DNA of 64,000 nt from the IMG/VR virus record IMGVR_UViG_3300031952_000001, positions 62,001 to 126,000 of that record; one strand, written 5' to 3'. The translations under genes and the position numbers were made by a program. The stretch's first letter is position 1; every line of letters starts with the position of its first letter. Below the pieces are notes generated by a model, which did not search any database, was not told the DNA's origin, and worked only from the letters and a program-made list of their open reading frames with translations. Shown in pieces: positions 55,290-63,399 of the stretch.

Positions 55290-55572
55290 CCACCTCCTTC
55301 GGCACCGTGCGGAACGCCTCGCAGAAGTTCTCGTAATCGACCGTGTTGTCGCCCGTACCGCTCGGGAGCTGCCGCAGCCGGTTGATGGCGTCCTCGAACG
55401 TCGTGGTGTACGAGCACCACTCGTCGTAGAGGCGCACGACACCATCCTTCATGAGATCCTCGGTGCAGCAGACGCAGGTCGGCCCCATGTCACCGAACCC
55501 CATCCCCACCCTGTTGAGCTGCCGCGTTAGTTCGTCCCGGAGCTTCTCTCGCTGCGATCTGATTTCTCCCAC
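55285..55572 (-). CDS. hypothetical protein
   Basis: Operon-coupled ORF. Confidence 0.6.
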   Translation of the reverse strand: MGEIRSQREKLRDELTRQLNRVGMGFGDMGPTCVCCTEDLMKDGVVRLYDEWCSYTTTFEDAINRLRQLPSGTGDNTVDYENFCEAFRTVPKEVD

Positions 55573-55581
55573 AGTGCCCTC

Positions 55582-55767
55582 CTACAGATCCAGCAGCTCG
55601 TCGAGGGCTGCCTTCACGTCCGGGTGCTTCGGGCACTCGGGGTTGAAACAGGCCTTGCCGGTCGGCTCGTTCGGATCGAGCCCCTTCTCGGAGCACTCCT
55701 TGGCCGTGTAGGCATCCCGGATGTAGAGCGTCGTCAGCTTCCCTCCGCAGCGGTCACAGTTCTTCAT
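55582..55767 (-). CDS. small zinc-finger protein
   Basis: CDRC ... CFNPEC. Confidence 0.6.
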   Translation of the reverse strand: MKNCDRCGGKLTTLYIRDAYTAKECSEKGLDPNEPTGKACFNPECPKHPDVKAALDELLDL

Positions 55768-55770
55768 GGT

Positions 55771-55992
55771 CTACTCCTCGTCCTCGTGATTGTCGCCGTA
55801 GCGGTCCTCATCGTATTCATCGTCATCGGGACCCTCATCGTCATCGGGACCCTCATCGTCATCGGGACCCTCATCGTCATCGGGACCCTCATCGTCATCG
55901 GGACCCTCATCGTCATCGGGACCCTCATCGTCATCGGGGCCCTCATCGTCATCGGGGCCCTCATCGTCATCGGGACGTTTGTAGATGTCCAT
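55771..55992 (-). CDS. 73-aa hyper-acidic repeat protein (PDDDEG)x8-PDDDEY
   Basis: SD AGGAG; first gene after promoter 56040-56067. Confidence 0.7.
   Translation of the reverse strand: MDIYKRPDDDEGPDDDEGPDDDEGPDDDEGPDDDEGPDDDEGPDDDEGPDDDEGPDDDEYDEDRYGDNHEDEE
55813..55974. repeat. 18-bp tandem repeat (8 full copies plus 1 degenerate)
   Basis: Unit [AG]CCCTCATCGTCATCGGG, head to tail with no spacers. Confidence 0.97.
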
Positions 55993-56039
55993 GATCTTCT
56001 CCTTGTTCAGCGAGGGTCAGCTCGCTTCTCCTACTTGGG

Positions 56040-56067
56040 AATATAACTACTATAGTGAGGCTGTCAA
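56040..56067 (-). promoter_or_regulatory. early-type promoter
   Basis: TTGACA-N16-TATATT. Confidence 0.75.
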
Positions 56068-56070
56068 GAG

Positions 56071-56340
56071 CTAACCGCAGAAATCCTGCATGAACTTCGA
56101 GCGCCTCGAAGCGTAGGCTTGCGCTAGCTCGTACACGTAAGCATTTGCGTACTCGGGACCGTGCTTGTCTGTGAGGAGTTTTCTCAGTTGGTTCAGTGCC
56201 GTGGAGACGGAGTCACTCCCGGAGAACGACCGCGCCATGAGCATCATGAAGACCTTGAATTCCGGGGGCACATTGACCCCGGGAGACTTTACGACCGGCT
56301 CACTTGGTCTTGTGGAGTCGGTCAAGCAGGGCTTTTTCAT
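56071..56340 (-). CDS. hypothetical protein
   Basis: ORF ends just before a promoter. Confidence 0.5.
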   Translation of the reverse strand: MKKPCLTDSTRPSEPVVKSPGVNVPPEFKVFMMLMARSFSGSDSVSTALNQLRKLLTDKHGPEYANAYVYELAQAYASRRSKFMQDFCG

Positions 56341-56608
56341 CCTTCAGTTCCTCCGGTGTCGGGACGTGGCAAGTGCGCCTATACGTGTTCAAATTGCAGT
56401 TGCAACCCGCGCCGAATGCGAGATAGAATTTCATACGCTCTTTCACCTTCGTATCGGGCTCTTCGACGTACTTTCCGCACACCCACCGAGTGCCGTCCCA
56501 CAAGAGGTGCGGGCACCCGTGCCACGCTGCCCAATCTTCGAGCTGGTAGAAACTGCACGGACTTTTGCGGCAACAAAATCCGCAACCTATACACTCGTTC
56601 GATTTCAT
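56300..56608 (-). CDS. YkgJ-like cysteine-cluster protein
   Basis: CIGCGFCCRKSPC..CPHL..CGKY. Confidence 0.6.
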   Translation of the reverse strand: MKSNECIGCGFCCRKSPCSFYQLEDWAAWHGCPHLLWDGTRWVCGKYVEEPDTKVKERMKFYLAFGAGCNCNLNTYRRTCHVPTPEELKDEKALLDRLHKTK

Positions 56609-56844
56609 TCTTGCACTTCGACTTCATACTCTTCTATGATGTGGGCGTTGATAAGAACCCATGCCGTACTTCTGATATCCGACGAACCCCGGCGGAGGTA
56701 ATATTCTCTAACCCAACGGAATGCCGGAGCCCATTGTCCGTCTATGAGTGCGAGCTGGCAGTCGTCGGGGAGCCCGAGCTTCTCTGCTCTTTCTAAGAGG
56801 TCGTCTCCTTGGACGATACGGTGCATCTTGACTTTCAAAGTCAC
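56605..56844 (-). CDS. hypothetical protein
   Basis: Overlap-coupled ORF. Confidence 0.55.
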   Translation of the reverse strand: MTLKVKMHRIVQGDDLLERAEKLGLPDDCQLALIDGQWAPAFRWVREYYLRRGSSDIRSTAWVLINAHIIEEYEVEVQE

Positions 56845-56999
56845 TTTGCTCTCGTCGGCTGGAGGTTGAGGACGTCACCCAATTTCGGCAACCAGGATCG
56901 TACCCTCTTCTCGACCGGCTCTACCGGCTCGATCTCCTCGACCAGCTCTTCGAGCGCCAGCTTGTCACTCTTCGCACGTCGTTTCTTCTCGGTGTCCAC
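56841..56999 (-). CDS. 52-aa hypothetical protein (not in the ORF track)
   Basis: SD AGGAGG, GTG start, MDTEKKRRAK...; follows promoter 57017-57044. Confidence 0.55.
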   Translation of the reverse strand: MDTEKKRRAKSDKLALEELVEEIEPVEPVEKRVRSWLPKLGDVLNLQPTRAK

Positions 57000-57016
57000 G
57001 CTGTCCTCCTACCTGG

Positions 57017-57044
57017 AATGTAACCACTCGGGAGAGGCTGTCAA
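57017..57044 (-). promoter_or_regulatory. early-type promoter
   Basis: TTGACA-N16-TACATT. Confidence 0.8.
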
Positions 57045-57050
57045 GGGCTA

Positions 57051-57272
57051 CTACCAGGAAAGAATACCCACCTTGCGCGTGCCCTCTCCGTCACTCACGT
57101 CGTCCATTGGGAATCCGTCATTTACCCAGCCTTTATCGGACTCCCTACGAAGGCTCTGTACCTCACAGGAATGCTTCCCTGCATGACCGGCTTTCCGTGT
57201 GCAATAGAACTCCACGAGGGCATCGGGGCCTATCGATGCATTCTTTACGAATTGGTCGCGGCACAGTTTCAT
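57051..57272 (-). CDS. hypothetical protein
   Basis: Operon-coupled ORF. Confidence 0.5.
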   Translation of the reverse strand: MKLCRDQFVKNASIGPDALVEFYCTRKAGHAGKHSCEVQSLRRESDKGWVNDGFPMDDVSDGEGTRKVGILSW

Positions 57273-57514
57273 TTCAGCCCCCTATCTGCCCCGACGAACA
57301 GACCCATTGCTGCCGCCATGACCAGCCGCGCGTTGGCTCGCTTCTTGTCCTTCTCGTGCCACACCTTCCGCTGGGATTCCTTCTCCTCTTCGGTCAGGCC
57401 CTCCCACCACTTGCGCGCGTCTTCTCTCTTGGCCTCCTCGGCGGCGGCCTTGCGCGCGATGCTCTGAGCTGCACGCTCCTCTCGGGTTGCCGCTCGACGT
57501 CGCGCCTCGCCCAT
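57269..57514 (-). CDS. basic hypothetical protein
   Basis: MGEARRR start; operon-coupled. Confidence 0.6.
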   Translation of the reverse strand: MGEARRRAATREERAAQSIARKAAAEEAKREDARKWWEGLTEEEKESQRKVWHEKDKKRANARLVMAAAMGLFVGADRGLK

Positions 57515-57518
57515 CGGT

Positions 57519-57794
57519 CTACCTCACCGCGTTGCCGGTCTTCGTGAACCGGACCTTCTCCAGAGCCACGAGCACGTCTCCCAGCTCCCGCCGGGCCATC
57601 TCCATGACGCGGATCGCCTCGGCTACCTGCGCCTCGTCGGTCGCGCCCTCGTCGAACGTGTCCTTGACCTCCCGGGCGATGAAGAGTGCCAGCGTGTCCC
57701 CCAGGCTGCCCTCGTCGCCTTCCTCGAAGGACGCCTTCACCAGCCCGTCCGGGTATCCCTCGTCCACGATCTCGATCAGCTTGTTCAGGTCCAT
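57519..57794 (-). CDS. acidic hypothetical protein
   Basis: SD AGGAG; follows a promoter. Confidence 0.7.
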   Translation of the reverse strand: MDLNKLIEIVDEGYPDGLVKASFEEGDEGSLGDTLALFIAREVKDTFDEGATDEAQVAEAIRVMEMARRELGDVLVALEKVRFTKTGNAVR

Positions 57795-57843
57795 GTTCGT
57801 CTCCTTGTTCAGTGCGAGTAGTCACCCCGCATTTCCTTCTACC

Positions 57844-57871
57844 AATGTAACCATGCCTGTCGGGGAGTCAA
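57844..57871 (-). promoter_or_regulatory. early-type promoter with a leader hairpin (loop GTGACTA)
   Basis: TTGACT-N16-TACATT; hairpin at 57814-57830. Confidence 0.8.
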
Positions 57872-57889
57872 GGGCCGGGTCGGTCGATT

Positions 57890-58642
57890 CTACTGTCCCT
57901 CGTAGGAGTACATCTCGGCCTCGGAAGCGAGGTTCGAACGGAACTCCTCGCGCTTCTCGTCGATGGCCTCGACGACCTTCTCCTCGAACTCCTCGGGAGT
58001 GAGCCCCTGCTCGACGTAGCTCTCGGTCAGCTCGGTGTACCACCAAGCCTCGTCGGCTACGGGGTCGGGGCACTGGAGATCTTTCTTGTCCCTCTCGGCG
58101 TTCTCCTTGGCCTCCGCGCGCAGTCGGGTCATGACCTCTTCGGTCAGCTCCTTCAGGTGCACGTCGTCGATGTCGAGTGTCTCCAGGGCCTCCTCCCGCC
58201 AGGTGTCCTCGTCGAAGTCCCTGTCGGTGCCGTCCAGGCTGTCCGCGCATTCCCGGCACCCGTCCGCCCGCTCCTGGAGCATCTCGCCCGTGCTGCCCTG
58301 CTGGAGCCCTTCGGGCATGTTGTTCAGCTTCTCCTCGCAGTCGTCCGCGAGCGAGTTGTACTCTTCCACGAGGTTCTCGATCTCGCTCACCAGCTCGTCC
58401 AGATCCGTGATGTTCGTCAGCTCGGACACCCGGTCGTTCAGATCGTAGACCTGCGACAGGAACTCCGAGTTCGTCTTGTCCGACGCCTTGAAGTCGCAAT
58501 CCCCATGGGTGCAACGGATCTTCCGACCACCGAACTTGATCTTGAGCCACCGGTAGGGATCGCCCTTTCTGATTTCGACCCCGCACTTCCCGCAGGTGCC
58601 CTGGTCCTTCTGAGCCTTCGCGACGTGGTTGATCTTCGGCAT
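57890..58642 (-). CDS. zinc-finger plus acidic coiled-coil protein
   Basis: CGKC..CTHGDC; very acidic C-terminal half. Confidence 0.75.
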   Translation of the reverse strand: MPKINHVAKAQKDQGTCGKCGVEIRKGDPYRWLKIKFGGRKIRCTHGDCDFKASDKTNSEFLSQVYDLNDRVSELTNITDLDELVSEIENLVEEYNSLADDCEEKLNNMPEGLQQGSTGEMLQERADGCRECADSLDGTDRDFDEDTWREEALETLDIDDVHLKELTEEVMTRLRAEAKENAERDKKDLQCPDPVADEAWWYTELTESYVEQGLTPEEFEEKVVEAIDEKREEFRSNLASEAEMYSYEGQ

Positions 58643-58643
58643 C

Positions 58644-58856
58644 TCAATCCTCCTCCGGCTCTCCCGCTACCGGCAACCCGAACAAGAATCCCGGACCGTT
58701 GCCTTCCTCATCGCGCGACACCTCGATGACGAACTCCTCACCCTCCTTGGTTCGCACGGTGAACCGGGGGAACTCCGCACCCCCGTCCACATCCACAATC
58801 GTCGCCCCTTCGAGCTGGGCATAGTACCTCTTGTAGAACTCGCTCCTGCGGTGCAT
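58644..58856 (-). CDS. hypothetical protein
   Basis: SD GGAGG; follows a promoter. Confidence 0.65.
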   Translation of the reverse strand: MHRRSEFYKRYYAQLEGATIVDVDGGAEFPRFTVRTKEGEEFVIEVSRDEEGNGPGFLFGLPVAGEPEED

Positions 58857-58890
58857 CTCAGTCCTCCAGGTTCTCTTCTTGCCTACCCCT

Positions 58891-58918
58891 AATGTAACCA
58901 TCCCTAGCAGGGAGTCAA
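58891..58918 (-). promoter_or_regulatory. early-type promoter
   Basis: TTGACT-N16-TACATT. Confidence 0.8.
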
Positions 58919-58922
58919 GGGG

Positions 58923-59159
58923 CTATTTGTACTTCGTGGTGAGGGCGCGGAGCGCCTCCTGCCCACACAGGGAGATCCGGCTCGCCCACATGCCGACCAG
59001 GCTCTCGGCGGCGCTCGCCGCGTGCTGTAGGTAGGTCGCCTCGTCGTATGCCTCTATGTACCGATCCTCTTCGGTCGTCGCCGCGAGCGCCCTGTCGTGT
59101 GCGAGACGCGCCCGCTCCCGGTACATCTCATACGTCTCCTCGTGCGTCGTGACGGGCAT
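58923..59159 (-). CDS. hypothetical protein
   Basis: SD GGAGG before MPVTT. Confidence 0.55.
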   Translation of the reverse strand: MPVTTHEETYEMYRERARLAHDRALAATTEEDRYIEAYDEATYLQHAASAAESLVGMWASRISLCGQEALRALTTKYK

Positions 59160-59160
59160 C

Positions 59161-59373
59161 TCAGTCCTCCTCGCCGCTCTCGACGATGTCTTCGATGCGG
59201 AAGGTGGCGGTCCACTCCTTGCCGCAGTCGTGGCACTCGACGGTGACCTTCTTGACGTCGTCCTCGTCGGCACTGTCCTCGACCGTGTGCTCCCAGGTGT
59301 TGTACTTCCCGCAGTACGGGCACTTCGATCCGCCGCTCGCCAGGCACTCGTCTTTGAAGTTCATCTTCAACAT
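59161..59373 (-). CDS. small zinc-ribbon protein
   Basis: CPYC ... CHDC. Confidence 0.65.
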   Translation of the reverse strand: MLKMNFKDECLASGGSKCPYCGKYNTWEHTVEDSADEDDVKKVTVECHDCGKEWTATFRIEDIVESGEED

Positions 59374-59392
59374 GTTCGTTTCTCCTGCTTGG

Positions 59393-59420
59393 AATGTAAC
59401 CACTAGGGAGAGACTGTCAA
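59393..59420 (-). promoter_or_regulatory. early-type promoter
   Basis: TTGACA-N16-TACATT. Confidence 0.8.
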
Positions 59421-59605
59421 GAGGTGTGGTTCTTAATCTCTTCTACCGCCCACAACCTGTCGAGGAGGTCATCCTCGTACTGTGGATCTTCATGGATCTC
59501 GGATTCGCCCTTCTCGGCTTTGTATCGGGCTTTGTTTGCGTCTTCGGCTTCGACGAGGACACGCTGCCGCCAGATCTCCTTTTTCGTCACTATGAAGAGT
59601 GGCAC
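59417..59605 (-). CDS. hypothetical protein
   Basis: GTG start; 3' part of track ORF 59417..60175. Confidence 0.5.
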   Translation of the reverse strand: MPLFIVTKKEIWRQRVLVEAEDANKARYKAEKGESEIHEDPQYEDDLLDRLWAVEEIKNHTS

Positions 59606-59823
59606 TAGACGCCCGTCTCCAGGTGCTCTTCCTGGTTCGGATCGTCCTCTTCGAGGGCGAACTGCGCATCCTTCAAGAGATCGAGGGCGGCCTTGAGTGC
59701 CTCGTCGGCGCACTGGGTAGAGTTGTCCTCGACCTTGAGCCCGTCCCGGACCTCGTCGAGCTTCTGAGACAGCCTCCAGATCTTGTCCGCGAGCATCTGC
59801 CTGTCGGTCATCGGCTTGCCCAT
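59605..59823 (-). CDS. acidic hypothetical protein
   Basis: Operon-coupled ORF. Confidence 0.6.
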   Translation of the reverse strand: MGKPMTDRQMLADKIWRLSQKLDEVRDGLKVEDNSTQCADEALKAALDLLKDAQFALEEDDPNQEEHLETGV

Positions 59824-59832
59824 GACGCCCTC

Positions 59833-60384
59833 CTACCTCTCCGTGAAGACGACCTTCGAAGTCTTCTTCTGCTTGGCCTTGTTCGGGGTCGTGAGGACGA
59901 ACTCCTTGCCTCTCCTCTTGAATGTCATCCCGTCCTCGAAGGGCATCTCGGTGCGGAGCATCCCGGTCTTGCCCGTGCCCTTGGGGTCGTCTCCCGCCGT
60001 CCACATGGACGTGAGGGTGAACTTCTGGTCGTGCAGGGTGTCGCCCATCTGCCTCGGGATGCCGTAGACGCCGCGCACGGATGAATCCCTCTTGTACGTG
60101 AACCGCACGGCGAACCCCGTTCGCAGGTGGAAGAGCACCGCGTTGATCCTGTCGGCGGTCGTCTTCGTGATCCACCCGCCGGAATTCACCACGACCGACA
60201 TGACCGCGTAACCCGCCTTGTTCAGGTACAGCTTCACGACGTCCGTCGTGTGGTACCGGACCGCGATCATGAGCCCCTCGTTCTCCAGGCCGAGAACCTC
60301 GACCTTCGTCACCTTGGGGTAGCCCCCCAGAGCCCGCCGGATCTCCTTCTTCAGCTCGTTCGCGACCTTCATTCTCGCGTCCAT
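59833..60384 (-). CDS. hypothetical protein
   Basis: SD GGGAGG; VRYHTTDVV..NSGGWITKTTADRIN. Confidence 0.7.
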   Translation of the reverse strand: MDARMKVANELKKEIRRALGGYPKVTKVEVLGLENEGLMIAVRYHTTDVVKLYLNKAGYAVMSVVVNSGGWITKTTADRINAVLFHLRTGFAVRFTYKRDSSVRGVYGIPRQMGDTLHDQKFTLTSMWTAGDDPKGTGKTGMLRTEMPFEDGMTFKRRGKEFVLTTPNKAKQKKTSKVVFTER

Positions 60385-60418
60385 GATGTCCCTCCCGTTG
60401 TTCTTCTCGCCTATCCCC

Positions 60419-60446
60419 AATGTAACCATCGGGGAGCGGCTGTCAA
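60419..60446 (-). promoter_or_regulatory. early-type promoter (copy 1 of a duplicated cassette)
   Basis: TTGACA-N16-TACATT, identical to 60729-60756. Confidence 0.8.
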
Positions 60447-60449
60447 GTG

Positions 60450-60695
60450 CTACTCGTCGAGATCGTTCCCCTCGTCATCGAGACTGAGGAACTCGGGGTC
60501 GGAACCCTGCGCGATAAGCTCTTTCACCATTTCCGGCCCGGTGAGGCATTCCTCTTTCTCTCGCCGAACCACCCCGGAAGCCTCACCTTCGGAGATCTCG
60601 TGCGCGATACTGCTCAGGTTGCTCCTGGTGAAAGGGCCTTCGGTCAACACCTCGACCATGTAGGTCGTTTTGTAGAACTTGCGGTCGCTCGCCAT
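60450..60695 (-). CDS. acidic protein, paralogue of 62278..62532
   Basis: RKFYK..IAHEISEG..SGVV..KELIAQGSDPEF. Confidence 0.75.
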   Translation of the reverse strand: MASDRKFYKTTYMVEVLTEGPFTRSNLSSIAHEISEGEASGVVRREKEECLTGPEMVKELIAQGSDPEFLSLDDEGNDLDE

Positions 60696-60728
60696 GTTGT
60701 CCTCCCGTTGTTCTCTTTGCCTACCCCC

Positions 60729-60756
60729 AATGTAACCATCGGGGAGCGGCTGTCAA
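60729..60756 (-). promoter_or_regulatory. early-type promoter (copy 2 of the duplicated cassette)
   Basis: TTGACA-N16-TACATT. Confidence 0.8.
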
Positions 60757-60759
60757 GTG

Positions 60760-61251
60760 CTAGGCGGCGCGTTTCCTCGACAGCTCCATCCCGTACAGCT
60801 CAAGCCACGACGTGAGGCACTCCAGGCTGGTCGTGGACGCGGCGCATTCCCGCGCGATGGTCTTACAGGTGTCGTCGTCCAGGTTCTTCCCGGAGTCGTC
60901 TAGGAGCTTCCCCAAGGGGTCCGGGTCGTTCATGTCCACGATCCAGTAGTGACCGTCGAGCGTGTCTTTGCACGCCGCTAGATCGTCATGAAGGTTCGAA
61001 CCGGTGATCTGCTCGATTCCGTCCCGGAGCGTACCGCGCTCGTGGGTGCCCGGATTGGACCCTTCCCACAGGTCGTTGATCTGATCGTACAGCTCGGCCC
61101 ACCGGGCGTCGAACGCCTGTCGCTGCTCGGCCTCGGCCTGGCGCTTCTCACGCTCGGCCTTGCGGCGCTCGTCGGCGATCCGCCGCTCCTCGTCGCGGCG
61201 AAGCTCCTCGGCCCGGTCCAGCTCGATCTGGGCTTTCGTTCGGCGTGCCAT
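60760..61251 (-). CDS. hypothetical protein
   Basis: Operon-coupled ORF. Confidence 0.65.
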   Translation of the reverse strand: MARRTKAQIELDRAEELRRDEERRIADERRKAEREKRQAEAEQRQAFDARWAELYDQINDLWEGSNPGTHERGTLRDGIEQITGSNLHDDLAACKDTLDGHYWIVDMNDPDPLGKLLDDSGKNLDDDTCKTIARECAASTTSLECLTSWLELYGMELSRKRAA

Positions 61252-61252
61252 G

Positions 61253-61705
61253 CTAGGCCCCCTTCTCGACCGGCTTTCCGACCAGACAATCCCATGTCTC
61301 GGAGTTGCAGACGAGGTACTCGATGTGCTCCTCCATGACCTCTTCGTAAAGCCTCTGCGCCTCTTCGGGGTCGTCTGCCTTGGGGCGCGGCTCGACCGTG
61401 TAGGGGTGCCCCTTGATCCTGCCGTCGAAGTATTCGACGCGCGGCTCCTCGCGGTTCGCTTCCCGGAGGTACTCGTCCACCGCTTCCAGCTCTTCGTCGG
61501 TCAGGTCGCGCGTCGTGGTGAACGTGTGGCCGATGTAGTAGCACTCCTTGTTCGCTTGGAACGAGCAAATATGCACGTCCAGGTTCGCGTCGAAGAGGTG
61601 CGCCGAGAAGATCCGGTCCACACCGTCCGGGATGCCGTTGTAGAACTCCGTCTCATCGTCGATGAAGATCCGCAGATCCATCGGGATTTTCGTCTTCTCG
61701 TCCAT
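61253..61705 (-). CDS. acidic hypothetical protein
   Basis: SD AGGAG; follows a promoter. Confidence 0.7.
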   Translation of the reverse strand: MDEKTKIPMDLRIFIDDETEFYNGIPDGVDRIFSAHLFDANLDVHICSFQANKECYYIGHTFTTTRDLTDEELEAVDEYLREANREEPRVEYFDGRIKGHPYTVEPRPKADDPEEAQRLYEEVMEEHIEYLVCNSETWDCLVGKPVEKGA

Positions 61706-61752
61706 CGGGTTCTCCTTGTCGTTGCCGGCGGGTAGTCATCCCGCCTATCCCC

Positions 61753-61780
61753 AATGTAACCACCCCTAGCGGGCTGTCAA
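61753..61780 (-). promoter_or_regulatory. early-type promoter with a leader hairpin (loop ATGACTA)
   Basis: TTGACA-N16-TACATT; hairpin at 61728-61744. Confidence 0.8.
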
Positions 61781-61796
61781 GGGGTTGCGCGGTCTT

Positions 61797-62051
61797 TTAG
61801 TCCCCGTACAGGTGATTGAGCCGCTTGACGGCTGACTTCGACAGGCGACCGTTCCGCGCCGCGAAAGACCTCTCGTCGGGCCACAGATCGTCTGCGTAGA
61901 TGTCGAAATCGGAATCCCAACACGCGCGAATGAGCTTGATCGTCTCCTCGACCGAGAGATCGTCGAACACCTCCTCGTTCGTGGAATTCGCCACCTCGAC
62001 GAGCCGACGAAGGAACTCGATCCCGGTTTCTTCCTGTTTCTTCTCGGTCAT
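61797..62051 (-). CDS. hypothetical protein
   Basis: SD GGAGGG. Confidence 0.65.
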   Translation of the reverse strand: MTEKKQEETGIEFLRRLVEVANSTNEEVFDDLSVEETIKLIRACWDSDFDIYADDLWPDERSFAARNGRLSKSAVKRLNHLYGD

Positions 62052-62060
62052 GTTGCCCTC

Positions 62061-62276
62061 CTAGTCGCCCTCGTCGGGGAGCGGAATGCCGCCGATCTCG
62101 AAGTAGGACACGGCGAGCACCTTCCCGTTCCCGTTGTCGAACTCGGTGCACATCTTGGGGTTGTAGCCCTCGGGTGCGACGATGATCAGGTTCAGCCCAC
62201 CTTCGTCGACTCCGATCACGTCGTCCCCGTCCCACCCGGACAAGTACATTCGAAGCTCTTTCACCGTGCACGCCAT
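62061..62276 (-). CDS. hypothetical protein
   Basis: SD GGAGG. Confidence 0.6.
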   Translation of the reverse strand: MACTVKELRMYLSGWDGDDVIGVDEGGLNLIIVAPEGYNPKMCTEFDNGNGKVLAVSYFEIGGIPLPDEGD

Positions 62277-62277
62277 C

Positions 62278-62532
62278 TCAGACCTCCTCGGTATCTTCGC
62301 CGTTCTCGGTTATCTGGAAGAACTCGGGATCGGACCCCTGCGCGACCAGCTCTTTCGCCATTTTAGAGGCGGTCAGGATCTTTTCCCCTTCGTCGATGAC
62401 GACCCCTGAACAGTGGCCCTCGCTCATCTCGTAAGCGATGGTTTCCAGGCTCAGATCGTCTCGAAGCGGCTCCTCACTCAGAAGCTCGATCTTGTAGGTC
62501 CGCTTGTAGAACTTGCGTTTGCTCTTCGCCAT
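62278..62532 (-). CDS. acidic protein, paralogue of 60450..60695
   Basis: RKFYK..IAYEMSEG..SGVV..KELVAQGSDPEF. Confidence 0.75.
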   Translation of the reverse strand: MAKSKRKFYKRTYKIELLSEEPLRDDLSLETIAYEMSEGHCSGVVIDEGEKILTASKMAKELVAQGSDPEFFQITENGEDTEEV

Positions 62533-62541
62533 GTCGTCCTC

Positions 62542-62760
62542 CTAGTCGTCCTCGTCGTCGAGGGGGGAGAGCTGACCGACGATCTCTGCGATCCAACGCA
62601 GACCCCCATTATCCGCGAGATATTCGAATTGCCCCTCGGGGCCGCTGTTGTTGATCGTCGCAGCCTCTTCGTTTTTGAGATCGCGCACGTACTCGTCGAG
62701 CGCGCCCTCGGATAGTTTCAGAGCCCGCTGTCGCAGAGCTTCTTTTCTGTCGTTGTTCAT
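62542..62760 (-). CDS. hypothetical protein
   Basis: SD AGGAG; follows a promoter. Confidence 0.65.
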   Translation of the reverse strand: MNNDRKEALRQRALKLSEGALDEYVRDLKNEEAATINNSGPEGQFEYLADNGGLRWIAEIVGQLSPLDDEDD

Positions 62761-62805
62761 CGTCTTCTCCTTGTTGTGAGTCGGGTAGTCATCCCGCCTT
62801 GCCCC

Positions 62806-62866
62806 AATGTAACACAGGCAAATCGGCGGTCAAGGGGCTTGACTCTCTTTTCCCGGTGGTTACATT
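62806..62866. promoter_or_regulatory. back-to-back divergent promoter pair
   Basis: Minus strand TTGACC-N16-TACATT (62833-62806); plus strand TTGACT-N16-TACATT (62839-62866). Confidence 0.8.
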
Positions 62867-62905
62867 TCCCGCTAGGCAGGGCAACGACCAAACGAGGAGG
62901 ACGAC

Positions 62906-63349
62906 ATGGCGGTCAACTGGACAGCGAAACCGGTTCTCACGGACGAGATGGACGAGGGTTTCCGTGTGGTAACGGTGGACGGGGTCAAGCTCAAGTGGTC
63001 GGGCACGCTAGACGTCCCGGATCTAGGAGAGCAAATCCACGTCACGTTCAACGGGTTCGGTCGTGGGTTCGTGCGCGGCTACTGCTACATGGACGGGTTC
63101 GCCGCGCTGCTCGTCGAGCCGGAGAAGTTGCCCGATTGGTACGTCAAGCAGTCAAAGACAACGCACTACAAGCCGGAAATGCCCATGAAGATCATCACCG
63201 TCTTCGGAATCGAATTCAAGACCGTAGATGATCCCTTCCGGTGCCGGTACGACGACTGCTCGAAGGGATACCCGGTCGCCACGGACGACGAACACGTAAC
63301 TTGCCCCGCGTGTCGGAAGGATATGGGCCTGCCTCCCTTGACAGCCTGA
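62906..63349 (+). CDS. hypothetical protein with a C-terminal zinc ribbon
   Basis: SD GAGGAGG; CRYDDC..CPAC. Confidence 0.7.
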   Translation: MAVNWTAKPVLTDEMDEGFRVVTVDGVKLKWSGTLDVPDLGEQIHVTFNGFGRGFVRGYCYMDGFAALLVEPEKLPDWYVKQSKTTHYKPEMPMKIITVFGIEFKTVDDPFRCRYDDCSKGYPVATDDEHVTCPACRKDMGLPPLTA

Positions 63350-63365
63350 AACCGGTGGTTACATT
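63338..63365 (+). promoter_or_regulatory. early-type promoter
   Basis: TTGACA-N16-TACATT. Confidence 0.8.
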
Positions 63366-63399
63366 GGGTAGCAGGGACAGCGAACAACGGGAGGGCAAC

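Noticed and set aside
55813-55974. Possible CRISPR array
   Set aside because: The 18-bp units are contiguous with no spacers and encode a peptide repeat; no cas genes are present.
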